NCBI GenBank assembly: GCA_963802505.1 | Contig: CAWDJB010000002.1 | Coordinates: forward strand, 20,627-84,626 | Origin: an uncultured Acidimicrobiales bacterium | GTDB taxonomy: Bacteria > Actinomycetota > Acidimicrobiia > Acidimicrobiales > DATKAS01 | Length of the DNA stretch: 64,000 nucleotides | Reading direction: 5' to 3' | Part shown: one piece after another, positions 1-8,722 of the stretch | Layout: the number at the start of each line of letters is the position of its first letter | Position numbering within the stretch: position 1 is the first letter of the stretch | Position numbers and translations under genes: made by a program | The notes under the pieces: model-generated | What the model was told of the DNA's origin: nothing | The model's database searches: none | Seen by the model: the letters and a program-made list of their open reading frames with translations, nothing else

Positions 1-335
1 CACGCCTGGTTGAAGAACACCGCCCGGAGCCGGCCCGACTCGTCCGCGGTTTCGACCGTGACCATCACCTTTCGGGTGCGGGTCATGGTGCGATGGACCG
101 AGCGCACCGTCACGAGGACGAGCGCCTCCTCCCCCTCGCGGAGGTCGCCGACGGTCGCCTCGTTCGTGCGGTCCACCCATCGGCGCGGGTAGTACGTCAG
201 GAGGTCGAGCACGGTCGTGACACCGAGCTCCTCGAGGCCATCAGCCTTCTTGGGCCCGACGCCCTTCAGCGCCGTGACCGGAATTGCGTGCAGATCACTC
301 AGGGTGAGTGGGGCCGCTGCCGATGGGGCGGTCAT
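1..335 (-). CDS. recG: ATP-dependent DNA helicase RecG, N-terminal fragment (continues off the window edge)
   Basis: Not in the ORF track because it has no stop in the window. A minus-strand ATG at 335-333 opens MTAPSAAAPLTLSDLHAIPVTALKGVGPKKADGLEELGVTTVLDLLTYYPRRWVDRTNEATVGDL..., which is the typical RecG N-terminal lead-in (GVGxK..L..LG..T..DLL.YYPRR). Confidence 0.6.
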   Translation of the reverse strand, partial: MTAPSAAAPLTLSDLHAIPVTALKGVGPKKADGLEELGVTTVLDLLTYYPRRWVDRTNEATVGDLREGEEALVLVTVRSVHRTMTRTRKVMVTVETADESGRLRAVFFNQA

Positions 336-1131
336 GCGACGGCGATCGTATCGGTGGGCCTTCGCAATCCTCGCGAGCGCGGTGTTGCCGTCGCTCTCCG
401 CATGCGCGACGACGGCCGATCATCGGACGCTGCGGGTCGTCGTGACGAACGACGACGGCGTCGCCGCGCCAGGCATCGACATCCTGGTGCGCACCCTCGA
501 TCAGCTGCCCGACGTGGAGGTGCGTGTCTTCGCCCCGGCGTCGGACCGCAGCGGCACCGGCGAGTCGCGGTCCGGCCACGTCCTGTTCGGGACCGTCAGC
601 AAGACACGGAGCGGCCATCCCGCCGTGGCCCTCGCCGGCTTCCCCTCCGACACGGTGCTCTACGCGGACCGCGCGGGAGTGCTCGCGAACGCCGACGTCG
701 TGGTGTCAGGGGTCAACTGGGGCGAGAACCTCGGCACTGTGATCGAGCACTCCGGGACCATCGGCGCGGCGCGAACCGCCGCCCGTCTCGGCCTCCCCGC
801 GCTCGCCGTCAGCCAGGGCGCGGGAGATCCCCCTGACTTCGCCGCGGGTGCCGCGCTCGCGGCGCAGTGGCTCGAGGACCATCGCGCCGAGCTGTTGGAC
901 GGCAGCGCCCCGCCGATCGTGACGAGCATCAACGTGCCCACGTGCCCGAGCGGGACGTTTCGAGGTCTGATGACCGTCCCCGTCTCGATCCACTCACGGT
1001 CCGATTTCGTGGCGCCCGACTGTGCGTCGCCACTGAGCAACCCGGTCGTCGGCGCCGACGACGTCGATGCGTTCCACTTCGGATTCGCGACCCTCTCCAC
1101 ATTCGATGGCGACCTGCGTCCAATCGGCTGA
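334..1131 (+). CDS. surE: SurE-family 5'/3'-nucleotidase with predicted lipoprotein signal peptide
   Basis: The VVVTNDDG...SGVNWGENLG...SGTIGAA motifs are SurE signatures. The internal ATG at 334 gives MRRRSYRWAFAILASAVLPSLSAC, a basic n-region, hydrophobic core and LSAC lipobox. The track ORF 217..1131 has a spurious N-terminal extension. Confidence 0.75.
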   Translation: MRRRSYRWAFAILASAVLPSLSACATTADHRTLRVVVTNDDGVAAPGIDILVRTLDQLPDVEVRVFAPASDRSGTGESRSGHVLFGTVSKTRSGHPAVALAGFPSDTVLYADRAGVLANADVVVSGVNWGENLGTVIEHSGTIGAARTAARLGLPALAVSQGAGDPPDFAAGAALAAQWLEDHRAELLDGSAPPIVTSINVPTCPSGTFRGLMTVPVSIHSRSDFVAPDCASPLSNPVVGADDVDAFHFGFATLSTFDGDLRPIG

Positions 1132-1193
1132 CGTGCGGGACCCATGCGCCTTGGTTGGTCCGGTCGGAAACCCGCCGGTAACCTCGATTGGGC

Positions 1194-1433
1194 ATGCAGG
1201 GCGTGATCAAGTCCTACGACCCGGGTACCGGTGACGGTGTGGTCGTGCGCGACTCCGATCTGTCCGAGCTCGACCTCGCGTCCGACGCGTTGGCCGGTTC
1301 GGTCTTCCGCATGCTGCGCCAGGGCCAGCGCGTGATCTTCGACCTCGACGACCAGGGGCTCGCCACGCGGCTGCGCCTCGGGTCTGAGGTCGACATGGGT
1401 ACACCTGGGTACACCCCTTCCACCGAGAGCTAG
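1194..1433 (+). CDS. small conserved hypothetical protein (79 aa)
   Basis: ORF 1188..1433; the ATG at 1194 is preferred. Acidic, non-repetitive composition unlike the Arg/Pro-rich artefact ORFs. Function not recognised. Confidence 0.5.
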   Translation: MQGVIKSYDPGTGDGVVVRDSDLSELDLASDALAGSVFRMLRQGQRVIFDLDDQGLATRLRLGSEVDMGTPGYTPSTES

Positions 1434-1463
1434 CTCCCACACCCCCAACCAGCCGGAGCAGAC

Positions 1464-3254
1464 ATGAGCGCCACCAGCACACACAAGGGCTTGCGCGACT
1501 GGGTCGACCACTGGGCGTCGATCTTCCAGCCCGCAGCAATCGAGTGGTGCGACGGCTCGGTAGAGGAGCACGACCGGCTGTGCGCAGCGCTCGTCGACGC
1601 GGGCACGTTCACCAAGCTCGCGAAGCGTCCGAACAGCTACTGGGCGCACTCCGACCCCGGTGACGTCGCGCGGGTCGAGGATCGCACGTTCATCTGCTCG
1701 GCCACCGAGCAAGAGGCGGGCCCGACGAACAACTGGCGCGACCCCGCGCAGATGCGCGCCGACATGCTCGAGCTGTTCACGGGCGCGATGCGCGGGCGCA
1801 CGATGTACGTGGTGCCGTTCTCGATGGGACCGCTCGGGTCGAACATCGCGCACATCGGCGTGCAGCTCACCGACTCGGCATATGTCGCCGTGAGCATGCG
1901 CACGATGACTCGCATGGGGCAGGCGGCGCTCGACGTCCTCGGGTCCGACGGTGAGTTCGTGCCGTGCCTCCACTCCGTCGGTGCGCCGCTCGAGCCGGGC
2001 GAGGCCGACGTGCCGTGGCCGTGCGACGCCGAGAACAAGTACATCGTCCACTTCCCCGACACGCGCGAGATCTGGTCGTACGGGTCGGGCTACGGCGGGA
2101 ACGCGCTTCTCGGTAAGAAGTGCTTCGCGCTGCGCATCGCCTCGGTGATGGCGCGCGACGACGGCTGGCTCGCCGAGCACATGCTCATCCTCAAGCTCAC
2201 GTCACCGAAGGGCGTCACCAAGTACCTCGCCGCCGCGTTCCCGTCGGCGTGCGGGAAGACGAACCTGGCGATGCTCGTGCCGACGATCCCCGGCTGGAAG
2301 GTCGAGACGGTCGGTGACGACATCTGCTGGATGAAGTTCGGCGACGACGGTCGGCTCTACGCGATCAATCCCGAGGCCGGGTTCTTCGGCGTCGCGCCCG
2401 GCACGGGCATGGACACGAACCCCAACGCGATGATGACCCTCGAGGAGAACTGCGTCTTCACGAACACCGCGCTGACCCCGGACGGCGACGTGTGGTGGGA
2501 GGGCATGACGCCCGAGAAGCCGCCGCGGCTCACCGACTGGCTGGGCAACCCCTGGACGCCAGAGACGCCGACGCTCGCAGCGCACCCGAACGCGCGGTTC
2601 ACTGCTCCCGCCTCCCAGTGCCCGTCGATCGCGCCCGAGTGGGAAGACCCGAAGGGTGTGCCGATCTCGGCGATCCTCTTCGGCGGCCGCCGCGCCTCGG
2701 TCGTGCCGCTCGTGAACGAAGCGACCTCGTGGGAGCACGGCGTGTTCCTCGGTTCGATCATGGCCTCGGAGACGACTGCCGCGGCGGCCGGCGCGGTCGG
2801 CAACCTGCGGCGAGACCCGTTCGCGATGCTGCCGTTCTGCGGCTACAACATGGCCGACTACTTCGGCCACTGGCTCGAGATCGGGCGGGCAACCGATCCC
2901 GACAAGCTGCCGTCTCTCTTCATGGTCAACTGGTTCCGCAAGGACGCCGATGGCCGCTGGTTGTGGCCGGGGTTCGGCGAGAACAGCCGGGTGCTCAAGT
3001 GGGTGTTCGAGCGCGTGGCCGGAGAGGCCGAGGCCGTGAAGACGCCGATCGGGCTGGTGCCGACGCTCGACGCCATCTCGACCGAAGGGCTCGACGTGAC
3101 CGAGGCCGACATGGAGCAGCTGCTCGCGGTCGACCTGAGCGGTTGGCGCGCGGAGGTCCCACTCATCGAGGAGCACTACGCGCAGTTCGGCGATCACCTG
3201 CCGACAGAGCTGCGCGCCGAGCTCGTGGAACTCGAGAAGCGCCTCGCTGGCTGA
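1464..3254 (+). CDS. pckG: phosphoenolpyruvate carboxykinase (GTP)
   Basis: 596 aa with full-length resemblance to GTP-PEPCK: [13 protein letters not shown] kinase-1a P-loop, [32 protein letters not shown]. Confidence 0.95.
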   Translation: MSATSTHKGLRDWVDHWASIFQPAAIEWCDGSVEEHDRLCAALVDAGTFTKLAKRPNSYWAHSDPGDVARVEDRTFICSATEQEAGPTNNWRDPAQMRADMLELFTGAMRGRTMYVVPFSMGPLGSNIAHIGVQLTDSAYVAVSMRTMTRMGQAALDVLGSDGEFVPCLHSVGAPLEPGEADVPWPCDAENKYIVHFPDTREIWSYGSGYGGNALLGKKCFALRIASVMARDDGWLAEHMLILKLTSPKGVTKYLAAAFPSACGKTNLAMLVPTIPGWKVETVGDDICWMKFGDDGRLYAINPEAGFFGVAPGTGMDTNPNAMMTLEENCVFTNTALTPDGDVWWEGMTPEKPPRLTDWLGNPWTPETPTLAAHPNARFTAPASQCPSIAPEWEDPKGVPISAILFGGRRASVVPLVNEATSWEHGVFLGSIMASETTAAAAGAVGNLRRDPFAMLPFCGYNMADYFGHWLEIGRATDPDKLPSLFMVNWFRKDADGRWLWPGFGENSRVLKWVFERVAGEAEAVKTPIGLVPTLDAISTEGLDVTEADMEQLLAVDLSGWRAEVPLIEEHYAQFGDHLPTELRAELVELEKRLAG

Positions 3255-3272
3255 CGCCCTACGCTCACGCAC

Positions 3273-3509
3273 ATGGCCGTGAGCGCGTACATCCTCATCC
3301 AGACAGAGGTGGGCAAAGCAGCCAAGGTGGCCTCTGAGGTCGGAGCGGTCGACGGTGTCGTCGCGGCCGACGACGTGACGGGGCCCTACGACGTGATCGC
3401 GAAGGCCGAGGCCGGAACGGTCGACGACCTCGGGCGCCTCGTCGTCAGCCGCATCCAGATGATCGACGGCATCACCCGCACCCTCACCTGCCCGGTGGTC
3501 AACCTCTAG
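3273..3509 (+). CDS. Lrp/AsnC ligand-binding (RAM) domain-only small protein
   Basis: 78 aa, AYILIQTEVGK...V.GPYDVIAKAEA...L...V.RIQMIDGITRT is a typical stand-alone AsnC-type RAM domain. Confidence 0.7.
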   Translation: MAVSAYILIQTEVGKAAKVASEVGAVDGVVAADDVTGPYDVIAKAEAGTVDDLGRLVVSRIQMIDGITRTLTCPVVNL

Positions 3510-3510
3510 C

Positions 3511-3840
3511 TCAGGTGCGGCCGACGAGCAGGGCGCGGATGCCGAGGCCCATCAGGAAGAGGCCGCCGAACCCGTAGAGCAGGTACAGACGGCTGCGCAG
3601 CTGGGCGCGGTACGAGTACAAGATCCCGACCGCGATGATCGCGACGAAGCCGTAGAACATGTGGAACTGCGGCGCGACCAACCCCTCGCCACTGACAAGG
3701 GCAACGCCGAGTGCGACCTGCACGAAGATCGCGAGCTCGACGAACGCGGTGAACCACCAAAGGGCGCGCATGCGCAGCCACTCGAGCCAGTTCGCCGCAA
3801 GCGCCCACGCGCCCGCAAGCCCGTTGCCGATGATGACCAT
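3511..3840 (-). CDS. small integral membrane protein (3-4 TM helices)
   Basis: 109 aa, strongly hydrophobic segments, ATG at 3840. No recognised family. Confidence 0.55.
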   Translation of the reverse strand: MVIIGNGLAGAWALAANWLEWLRMRALWWFTAFVELAIFVQVALGVALVSGEGLVAPQFHMFYGFVAIIAVGILYSYRAQLRSRLYLLYGFGGLFLMGLGIRALLVGRT

Positions 3841-3891
3841 CCATGCCCAACCCTCGTGGAGGTCGAGCAGGACGAGCGCGTACAGGGCGGG

Positions 3892-4728
3892 TCAGGCGCT
3901 GGCGAGAGAGGCGGCGGCCGCTTCAGCCTGCGCGAGCGCCTCGGTGTATGCCTCGGCGGCGACATCGACGAGATCGCTGATCTCATCCTCGGTGAAGCCG
4001 GCGAGGCCCCGGAACTTGCGGGCCAGGTGGACCGGGCTCTCCTCTTCCTCGCCGCGGAAGCCGCCGAATGAGAAGACCTTGTCGACCGTGCGCTGGAAGT
4101 CGAGTGCGCGCTGCTGCCGCTCGGGATCCTTCGCGGTGATGCGGCGCAACCAGTCGGAGCCCATCTTCACGTGGGTGACCTCGTCGGCCAGCATCCAGTC
4201 CTCACAGAAGTAGAGGACCGGGTCGGCGAACGCACCACCGAAGTCGCGCATCGCAGTGAAGACGTCGATCGCAAGGCCCTCGAGCGCCCGGTTCACGCCG
4301 GCGAGGCGGAGGACCGGGTCTTCGTTGCATGCGGCTTCGAACAGCAGCGTCTGCTCGGAGAACTCCCCCAGCTCGGTGCCCATGTGATCGGAGAGCTTCA
4401 CCGAGATCTCGACGTGGCGAGCCTCGTCCCAGCACTGACGGGCCATGTCGAGCTTCAGCTCGAACGGGACATGCCCCGCGCTGCTGCCCGTCTCGAAGTC
4501 CCAGCAGGTGCGGCCGGCGCCTTCAAGGGCCTGGATCTCACCGACGAAGATGCCGTGCATCAGGCCACGAGCGCTATCGGGAGCCTCGGCGACCCGGGGA
4601 TCGAAACCGTTCTCACGGCGACGGGTCGCCACAAACGCGTTTCGGGGATCGAAGATCACGTCCTCCATGGTGATGCGCACGAACCGATCGTCGCGGGCGA
4701 GCTCACCGGCCGGCATCAGCTTCCTCAT
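3892..4728 (-). CDS. ferritin-like (DUF455-type) putative di-iron protein
   Basis: Internal ATG at 4728 (MRKLMPAGE...). Two E..H pairs (DEARHVEIS, ADEVTHVKMG) in helical context, as in ferritin-like di-iron families. Divergent from the nitrile hydratase genes. Confidence 0.6.
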   Translation of the reverse strand: MRKLMPAGELARDDRFVRITMEDVIFDPRNAFVATRRRENGFDPRVAEAPDSARGLMHGIFVGEIQALEGAGRTCWDFETGSSAGHVPFELKLDMARQCWDEARHVEISVKLSDHMGTELGEFSEQTLLFEAACNEDPVLRLAGVNRALEGLAIDVFTAMRDFGGAFADPVLYFCEDWMLADEVTHVKMGSDWLRRITAKDPERQQRALDFQRTVDKVFSFGGFRGEEEESPVHLARKFRGLAGFTEDEISDLVDVAAEAYTEALAQAEAAAASLASA

Positions 4729-4830
4729 CGAACCCCTACCTCCGTCAGCGTGGTTCCGTTCAGCTCGCGCCAGCGTACCCGTAGCTCCTGGATGAGGGAC
4801 AACGGGAGGGCCTGGGGCCAACCCGGCCAG

Positions 4831-4844
4831 GAGCACCGGTGCTC
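4831..4844. promoter_or_regulatory. perfect 14-bp palindrome GAGCACCGGTGCTC in the divergent ferritin-like / nitrile hydratase promoter region
   Basis: Read directly from the sequence. Lies 46 bp upstream of the nthA GTG start, in a 161-bp divergent gap. Confidence 0.3.
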
Positions 4845-4889
4845 GCTGGGCCGGCGTGTCATGCTTTCGCTCTCACCTGAGGATGCAGC

Positions 4890-5486
4890 GTGGCCGACGG
4901 CACACACACGTCCAGCAAGGCGGCTCCCGTCGAGCAGCGCGTCGCCGCCATCGAGTCCCTGTTCGAAGAACGCGGGATGGAGCCCGCCGAGTTCGTCAAG
5001 GACTTCACCAACGTGGTCGAGGAGCAGTGGGTGCCCGAGAACGGCGCCCGCGTCGTCGCCAGGGCGTGGAGCGATCCTGCATTCAAGCGGCGGCTGCTGG
5101 CGAATGGTCGCGATGCGGTGGCCGAGCTGGGCCTCACGATGCCGGTCCACCACCGACATCTCGTCGTGCTGGAGAACACGCCGGCGGTGCACAACGTGAT
5201 CGTGTGTACCCAGTGCTCCTGCACAGCCTTCTCGATCATCGGGCTGCCCCCCGACTGGTACAAGGACTTCGAGTACCGCTCTCGCGTGGTGCGGGAGTCG
5301 CGCACGGTGTTGCGTGAGATGGGGCTCGACCTGCCTCCAGAGATCGAGATCCGCGTATGGGACACATCGGCGGACACCCGCTACATGGTGCTCCCTGTGC
5401 AACCGGCGGAGACGATCGGTTGGCCCGAGGCAGATCTTTCCAAGCTGGTCACCAAGGACTCGATGATCGGCGTCACCCGCCTGTAG
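4890..5486 (+). CDS. nthA: nitrile hydratase alpha subunit (Thr-type, cobalt-like metal claw with atypical Gln)
   Basis: 198 aa. Metal-binding claw VCTQCSCTAF aligns to the canonical C(S/T)LCSC. The flanks ARAWSDPAFKRRLL and WYK...YRSRVVRE are typical of the alpha subunit. GAGGA RBS lies ahead of the GTG start. Confidence 0.9.
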   Translation: MADGTHTSSKAAPVEQRVAAIESLFEERGMEPAEFVKDFTNVVEEQWVPENGARVVARAWSDPAFKRRLLANGRDAVAELGLTMPVHHRHLVVLENTPAVHNVIVCTQCSCTAFSIIGLPPDWYKDFEYRSRVVRESRTVLREMGLDLPPEIEIRVWDTSADTRYMVLPVQPAETIGWPEADLSKLVTKDSMIGVTRL

Positions 5487-5500
5487 AGCGGAGCACGACT

Positions 5501-6118
5501 ATGGACGGCATGCACGACCTCGGCGGCAAGCAGGGCTTCGGTCGCGTGCGCTACTCAGCCCAGGCCGACGTCTTCCACGCGCCGTGGGAGCGACGCGCCC
5601 ACGCCCTTACCGCCCTCGCGATGCAGCGAGGCATCTTCAACATGGACGAGTATCGCCACGCGATCGAGCGCATGGAGCCACGGCACTACCTGTCGGCCGG
5701 CTACTACGAGCGCTCGCTGACTGGGCTCGCCACGCTCCTCGTGGAGAAGGGCATGACGACGCCAGACGAGTTGGACCGCCGTGCGGACGGTGCGTTCCCG
5801 ATTTCGGAGCCGATCGGACCCGGGCGGCCCAATGCGCCCGATCGCGAGCGCTTCATGCCGGGCGACCGCGTGCGCGTGAAGGACGACTACGTGCCCGGCC
5901 ACGTGCGCATGCCGGCCTACATCCGCGGCAAGGTCGGTGTCGTGGTCAGCGAGACGCCGACCTATCCCTTCCCGGATGCCCACGCGCATGGCGTCCAGGC
6001 GGCCGACGAGCCGACCTACGACGTCCGCTTCGACGCCGAAGATCTGTGGCCGAACTCGGCCGATCCGGCTCTCGTGCACGTCGGAGTGTTCCAGAGCTAC
6101 TTGCAGCGGGCCGACTAG
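5501..6118 (+). CDS. nthB: nitrile hydratase beta subunit
   Basis: The ATG at 5501 gives MDGMHDLGGKQGFG...FHAPWERRAHAL...YYERSL...FMPGDRVRVK...HVRMPAYIRGKVG, which covers the classic beta-subunit N- and C-terminal motifs. The track ORF start at 5357 is a spurious extension. Confidence 0.85.
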   Translation: MDGMHDLGGKQGFGRVRYSAQADVFHAPWERRAHALTALAMQRGIFNMDEYRHAIERMEPRHYLSAGYYERSLTGLATLLVEKGMTTPDELDRRADGAFPISEPIGPGRPNAPDRERFMPGDRVRVKDDYVPGHVRMPAYIRGKVGVVVSETPTYPFPDAHAHGVQAADEPTYDVRFDAEDLWPNSADPALVHVGVFQSYLQRAD

Positions 6119-6168
6119 CGGCGCGCGGCGACGCGCGTCACCCGGGCAACGTCAGATGCCCCGCAACG

Positions 6169-7029
6169 TCAGGTGCCAGGACACCCGAGGTTGAGGAGGG
6201 CGGGTTCGATCGTCACTCGGCCATCGGCGCACCGCACGAGGGTGTTGTCGTGGGCGAAGACCCCGTCGGGAGCGTCGTAGCCGGGCACGGACCACACGTG
6301 GAGCATCCATCCCGTCGTGTTCAGGAACTCGCCACCGACCGCGTCGCACATCGCCGGTGTGGTGTCCTGGTCGACCGCCAGTGGCGAATCGACGGTGCCG
6401 TCGGCGTTGTGCATGAGGCACGCGCCGGAGTGCTGATGCCAGACATCATTGGGCCCGGCGAAGCCCTGTGGGGCGTCCTTTGCGAGCGAGTAGTACATGA
6501 CGCCGACCACTTCGCTCGTCTCGCTCGTGCCGTCGTACAGGTACGCGAGGGGATGCTCGAAGTCGATCGCGCCGTCGGAGTTCGTGCCGGTGCCGTCCAT
6601 CTTCACGTAGTGCGCCCCGGCACCGGGACTGAACGGCCCGGCTCGCCGGTAGCCCGCTGCCTCGGCATCGGCCACGGTCGGGTAGCGCATGGCGACCACG
6701 CGGGCATCGACGAGCTGCTGTGCGAGGACGTGACGCTCCTCCGCAGTCGGCGGCACCTGGGTGACCGGTCCGTGCTCATGCGTGTGGCCTGCCGCGGCGG
6801 TGCCCGACGTGGGCGACAAGATCGCGAGGCCTGATGCGAACAGCGCTCCGACACCGAGCACGCTCATGATCCCGGCGAGGCTCGCTGTCGGCACTTTGCG
6901 GTTCGGGCCGAGGGCGAAGATGGCGACGACCGCGGCGACGAGGACGGCTTCGAGGATCGCGCACGTGACGTCGACCCGAGTGCGCCGGGATTGGGCAGTT
7001 GGGCGCGACATGAGGCGCCGAGTGCCCAA
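6169..7029 (-). CDS. membrane-anchored hypothetical protein with His-rich stretch
   Basis: 286 aa with two N-terminal TM helices followed by GHTHEHGP and a Cys/His-containing extracytoplasmic domain. No family recognised. Confidence 0.55.
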   Translation of the reverse strand: MGTRRLMSRPTAQSRRTRVDVTCAILEAVLVAAVVAIFALGPNRKVPTASLAGIMSVLGVGALFASGLAILSPTSGTAAAGHTHEHGPVTQVPPTAEERHVLAQQLVDARVVAMRYPTVADAEAAGYRRAGPFSPGAGAHYVKMDGTGTNSDGAIDFEHPLAYLYDGTSETSEVVGVMYYSLAKDAPQGFAGPNDVWHQHSGACLMHNADGTVDSPLAVDQDTTPAMCDAVGGEFLNTTGWMLHVWSVPGYDAPDGVFAHDNTLVRCADGRVTIEPALLNLGCPGT

Positions 7030-7047
7030 TCCCGCGCGGGGTGCGGG

Positions 7048-8169
7048 TCAGAAAGCGTCTTCGAGGATGGCTCGCGCGTCGGTCTCGCCGACGGGGCGAA
7101 GGTTCGCTTGCACCGCGAACGATGACTGCGACATGCGCGCGACCGCATCGAGGTCGTCCTCGTCGACGTCGCAGTCGCGGAGCCGAGTCGGGAGACCGAG
7201 CCGTTCGATCAGCCGCGTGACGGCGCTGGGCGCATCGTCCGGGTCGCCGAGCGCTTCGCCGATGCGCTGCATCTCGTCGGGAGCGACGTCGGCGTTGAAG
7301 CGCATCGCGTGGGGCAGGATCACCGCGTTCGCGAGCCCGTGCGGGATGCCCGTACGCCCGCCCACGAGCTGCGCGAGACCGTGGTGCACGCCCATCGTCG
7401 CGTTCTCGAGCGATCGTCCGGCCAGCGCCGCGCCGGCGAGCGCATCGGTCCGCGCATCGACATCGTCCGGGTCGTCGACGACTGCCGGCAACGCGCGTGC
7501 GAGGCGGCGGATCCCCGCGAGCGCGATCGCTTCGGCTTCGGGCGAGCGGTGAGGGGAGTACACGACCTCGATGCAGTGAGCGAGCGCGTTCATCCCGGTC
7601 TCGGCGCTCACGCGCGCGGGCGTGCTCAGGGTGAGCAACGGGTCGTAGACGACGGCGATCGGGGCCGTCGTCGGGCCGCCACCACCTCCCTTGGTGTGCG
7701 TACGTTCATCGGTCATCCCGAAGAACGGCGTGAGCTCCGCACCGGAGTAGGTCGTCGGGATGGCGATGTGCCTCAGCGCGGGCCGATCGGCATACGACGC
7801 GCCAGGAGTTCCCGCCTCCTGCTCGGTGAAGTAGCTGACGGCCTTGCCGAGGTCAGCACACGACCCGCCTCCGAACGAGACGACGCCGTCGACTGCGTCA
7901 CGGCGCGCCTGTTGCATCGCCGCTTGCACGAGCGTCGTCGGCACGTGCGAGCGGACCTCGGTGAACCTCGAGGCGATCGAGCGTCCCAGCAGCTTCGTGA
8001 TGCGCACGCCGTCCTCGGACTCCGCCCGTCCTTCCGTCGTGACGAAGAGAGCCCGCCGGATGCCCAGCTCCTTCACGATCTCCGGCAAACGGGCGACGAC
8101 GCCGGCGCCGAAGTGGAGCCGTTGCGCGTACCCGGTATGGGTCCACGCCTCGCCGATCAGGTCGCTCAT
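7048..8169 (-). CDS. iron-containing alcohol dehydrogenase family protein (maleylacetate reductase-like)
   Basis: 373 aa, GGGSxxD motif (FGGGSCADLGKA) and His-rich metal site (HCIEVVYSP...HHGLAQ) of the Fe-ADH fold. Confidence 0.8.
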   Translation of the reverse strand: MSDLIGEAWTHTGYAQRLHFGAGVVARLPEIVKELGIRRALFVTTEGRAESEDGVRITKLLGRSIASRFTEVRSHVPTTLVQAAMQQARRDAVDGVVSFGGGSCADLGKAVSYFTEQEAGTPGASYADRPALRHIAIPTTYSGAELTPFFGMTDERTHTKGGGGGPTTAPIAVVYDPLLTLSTPARVSAETGMNALAHCIEVVYSPHRSPEAEAIALAGIRRLARALPAVVDDPDDVDARTDALAGAALAGRSLENATMGVHHGLAQLVGGRTGIPHGLANAVILPHAMRFNADVAPDEMQRIGEALGDPDDAPSAVTRLIERLGLPTRLRDCDVDEDDLDAVARMSQSSFAVQANLRPVGETDARAILEDAF

Positions 8170-8722
8170 CGCACCAGCGTGTCAGGGGCCTCGAACCCCT
8201 GCTCGACGAGGACGAGTCGGCCGTCCACCACGTCGATCACCGTCTGCGAGCAGTTGTCGAGGGCGGCGATCACGATCTGGTCGGTCCCCAGTGCCGCCCC
8301 GATCGCGGCGTTGATCGCGACGAAATGACTCACCACAACGGTGTCCTCATCGATCGCGCGTCAGACGCGCCACGACCGAGTCGCGCCAAGCCGAGTAGTC
8401 GGCGCCGACATCGGCCCACGTGCCTGCCATCGCATTCCGCAACCAGGCCGTGCGCTGCTCCATCTCGACACTGGGCGGCGAGGGGATCTCACCGACCTCG
8501 GCGTCAACGGTCGCGGTGGCCTGCCAACGCCGTTCGAGCGGCTGCGCGGTCTCTCGGCAACGCCTCATCGGGCTGACGAGGATGGGGAGCGGGCCGCGTG
8601 GCGCGACCAGATCGGCCATCGCCTCGGCCTGCGCGCACGCCGAGCTCGTCGAGACCCGGATCGAGGTCGTCGTCCCAACCGCCGGCGGCACGGCCGTGGC
8701 GGACGAGGATGAGCCGGCTCAC
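8166..8722 (-). pseudogene. histidine phosphatase family gene interrupted by two +1 frame breaks
   Basis: Three consecutive frames carry RLILVRHGRAAGGWDDDLDPGLDELGV(R), then (Q)AEAMADLVAPRGPLPILVSPMRRCRETAQPL...ARLTR, then IDEDTVVVSHFVAINAAIGAALG...*. Breaks lie near 8629-8640 and 8345-8356. Length is 557 nt, which is 3n+2. The GTG start overlaps the upstream stop (GTGA) and the stop overlaps the downstream ATG (ATGA). Confidence 0.65.

Noticed and set aside
660-2180. 506-aa minus-strand ORF antisense to surE, the small ORF and pckG. Similar long antisense ORFs occur at 16421-18316, 39906-41465, 28748-30163, 55600-57099 and 60063-60980.
   Set aside because: Arg/Gly/Pro/His-rich composition with no recognisable motifs. 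They lie opposite genes with strong family signatures. Stop-codon-poor antisense frames are expected at ~70% GC.
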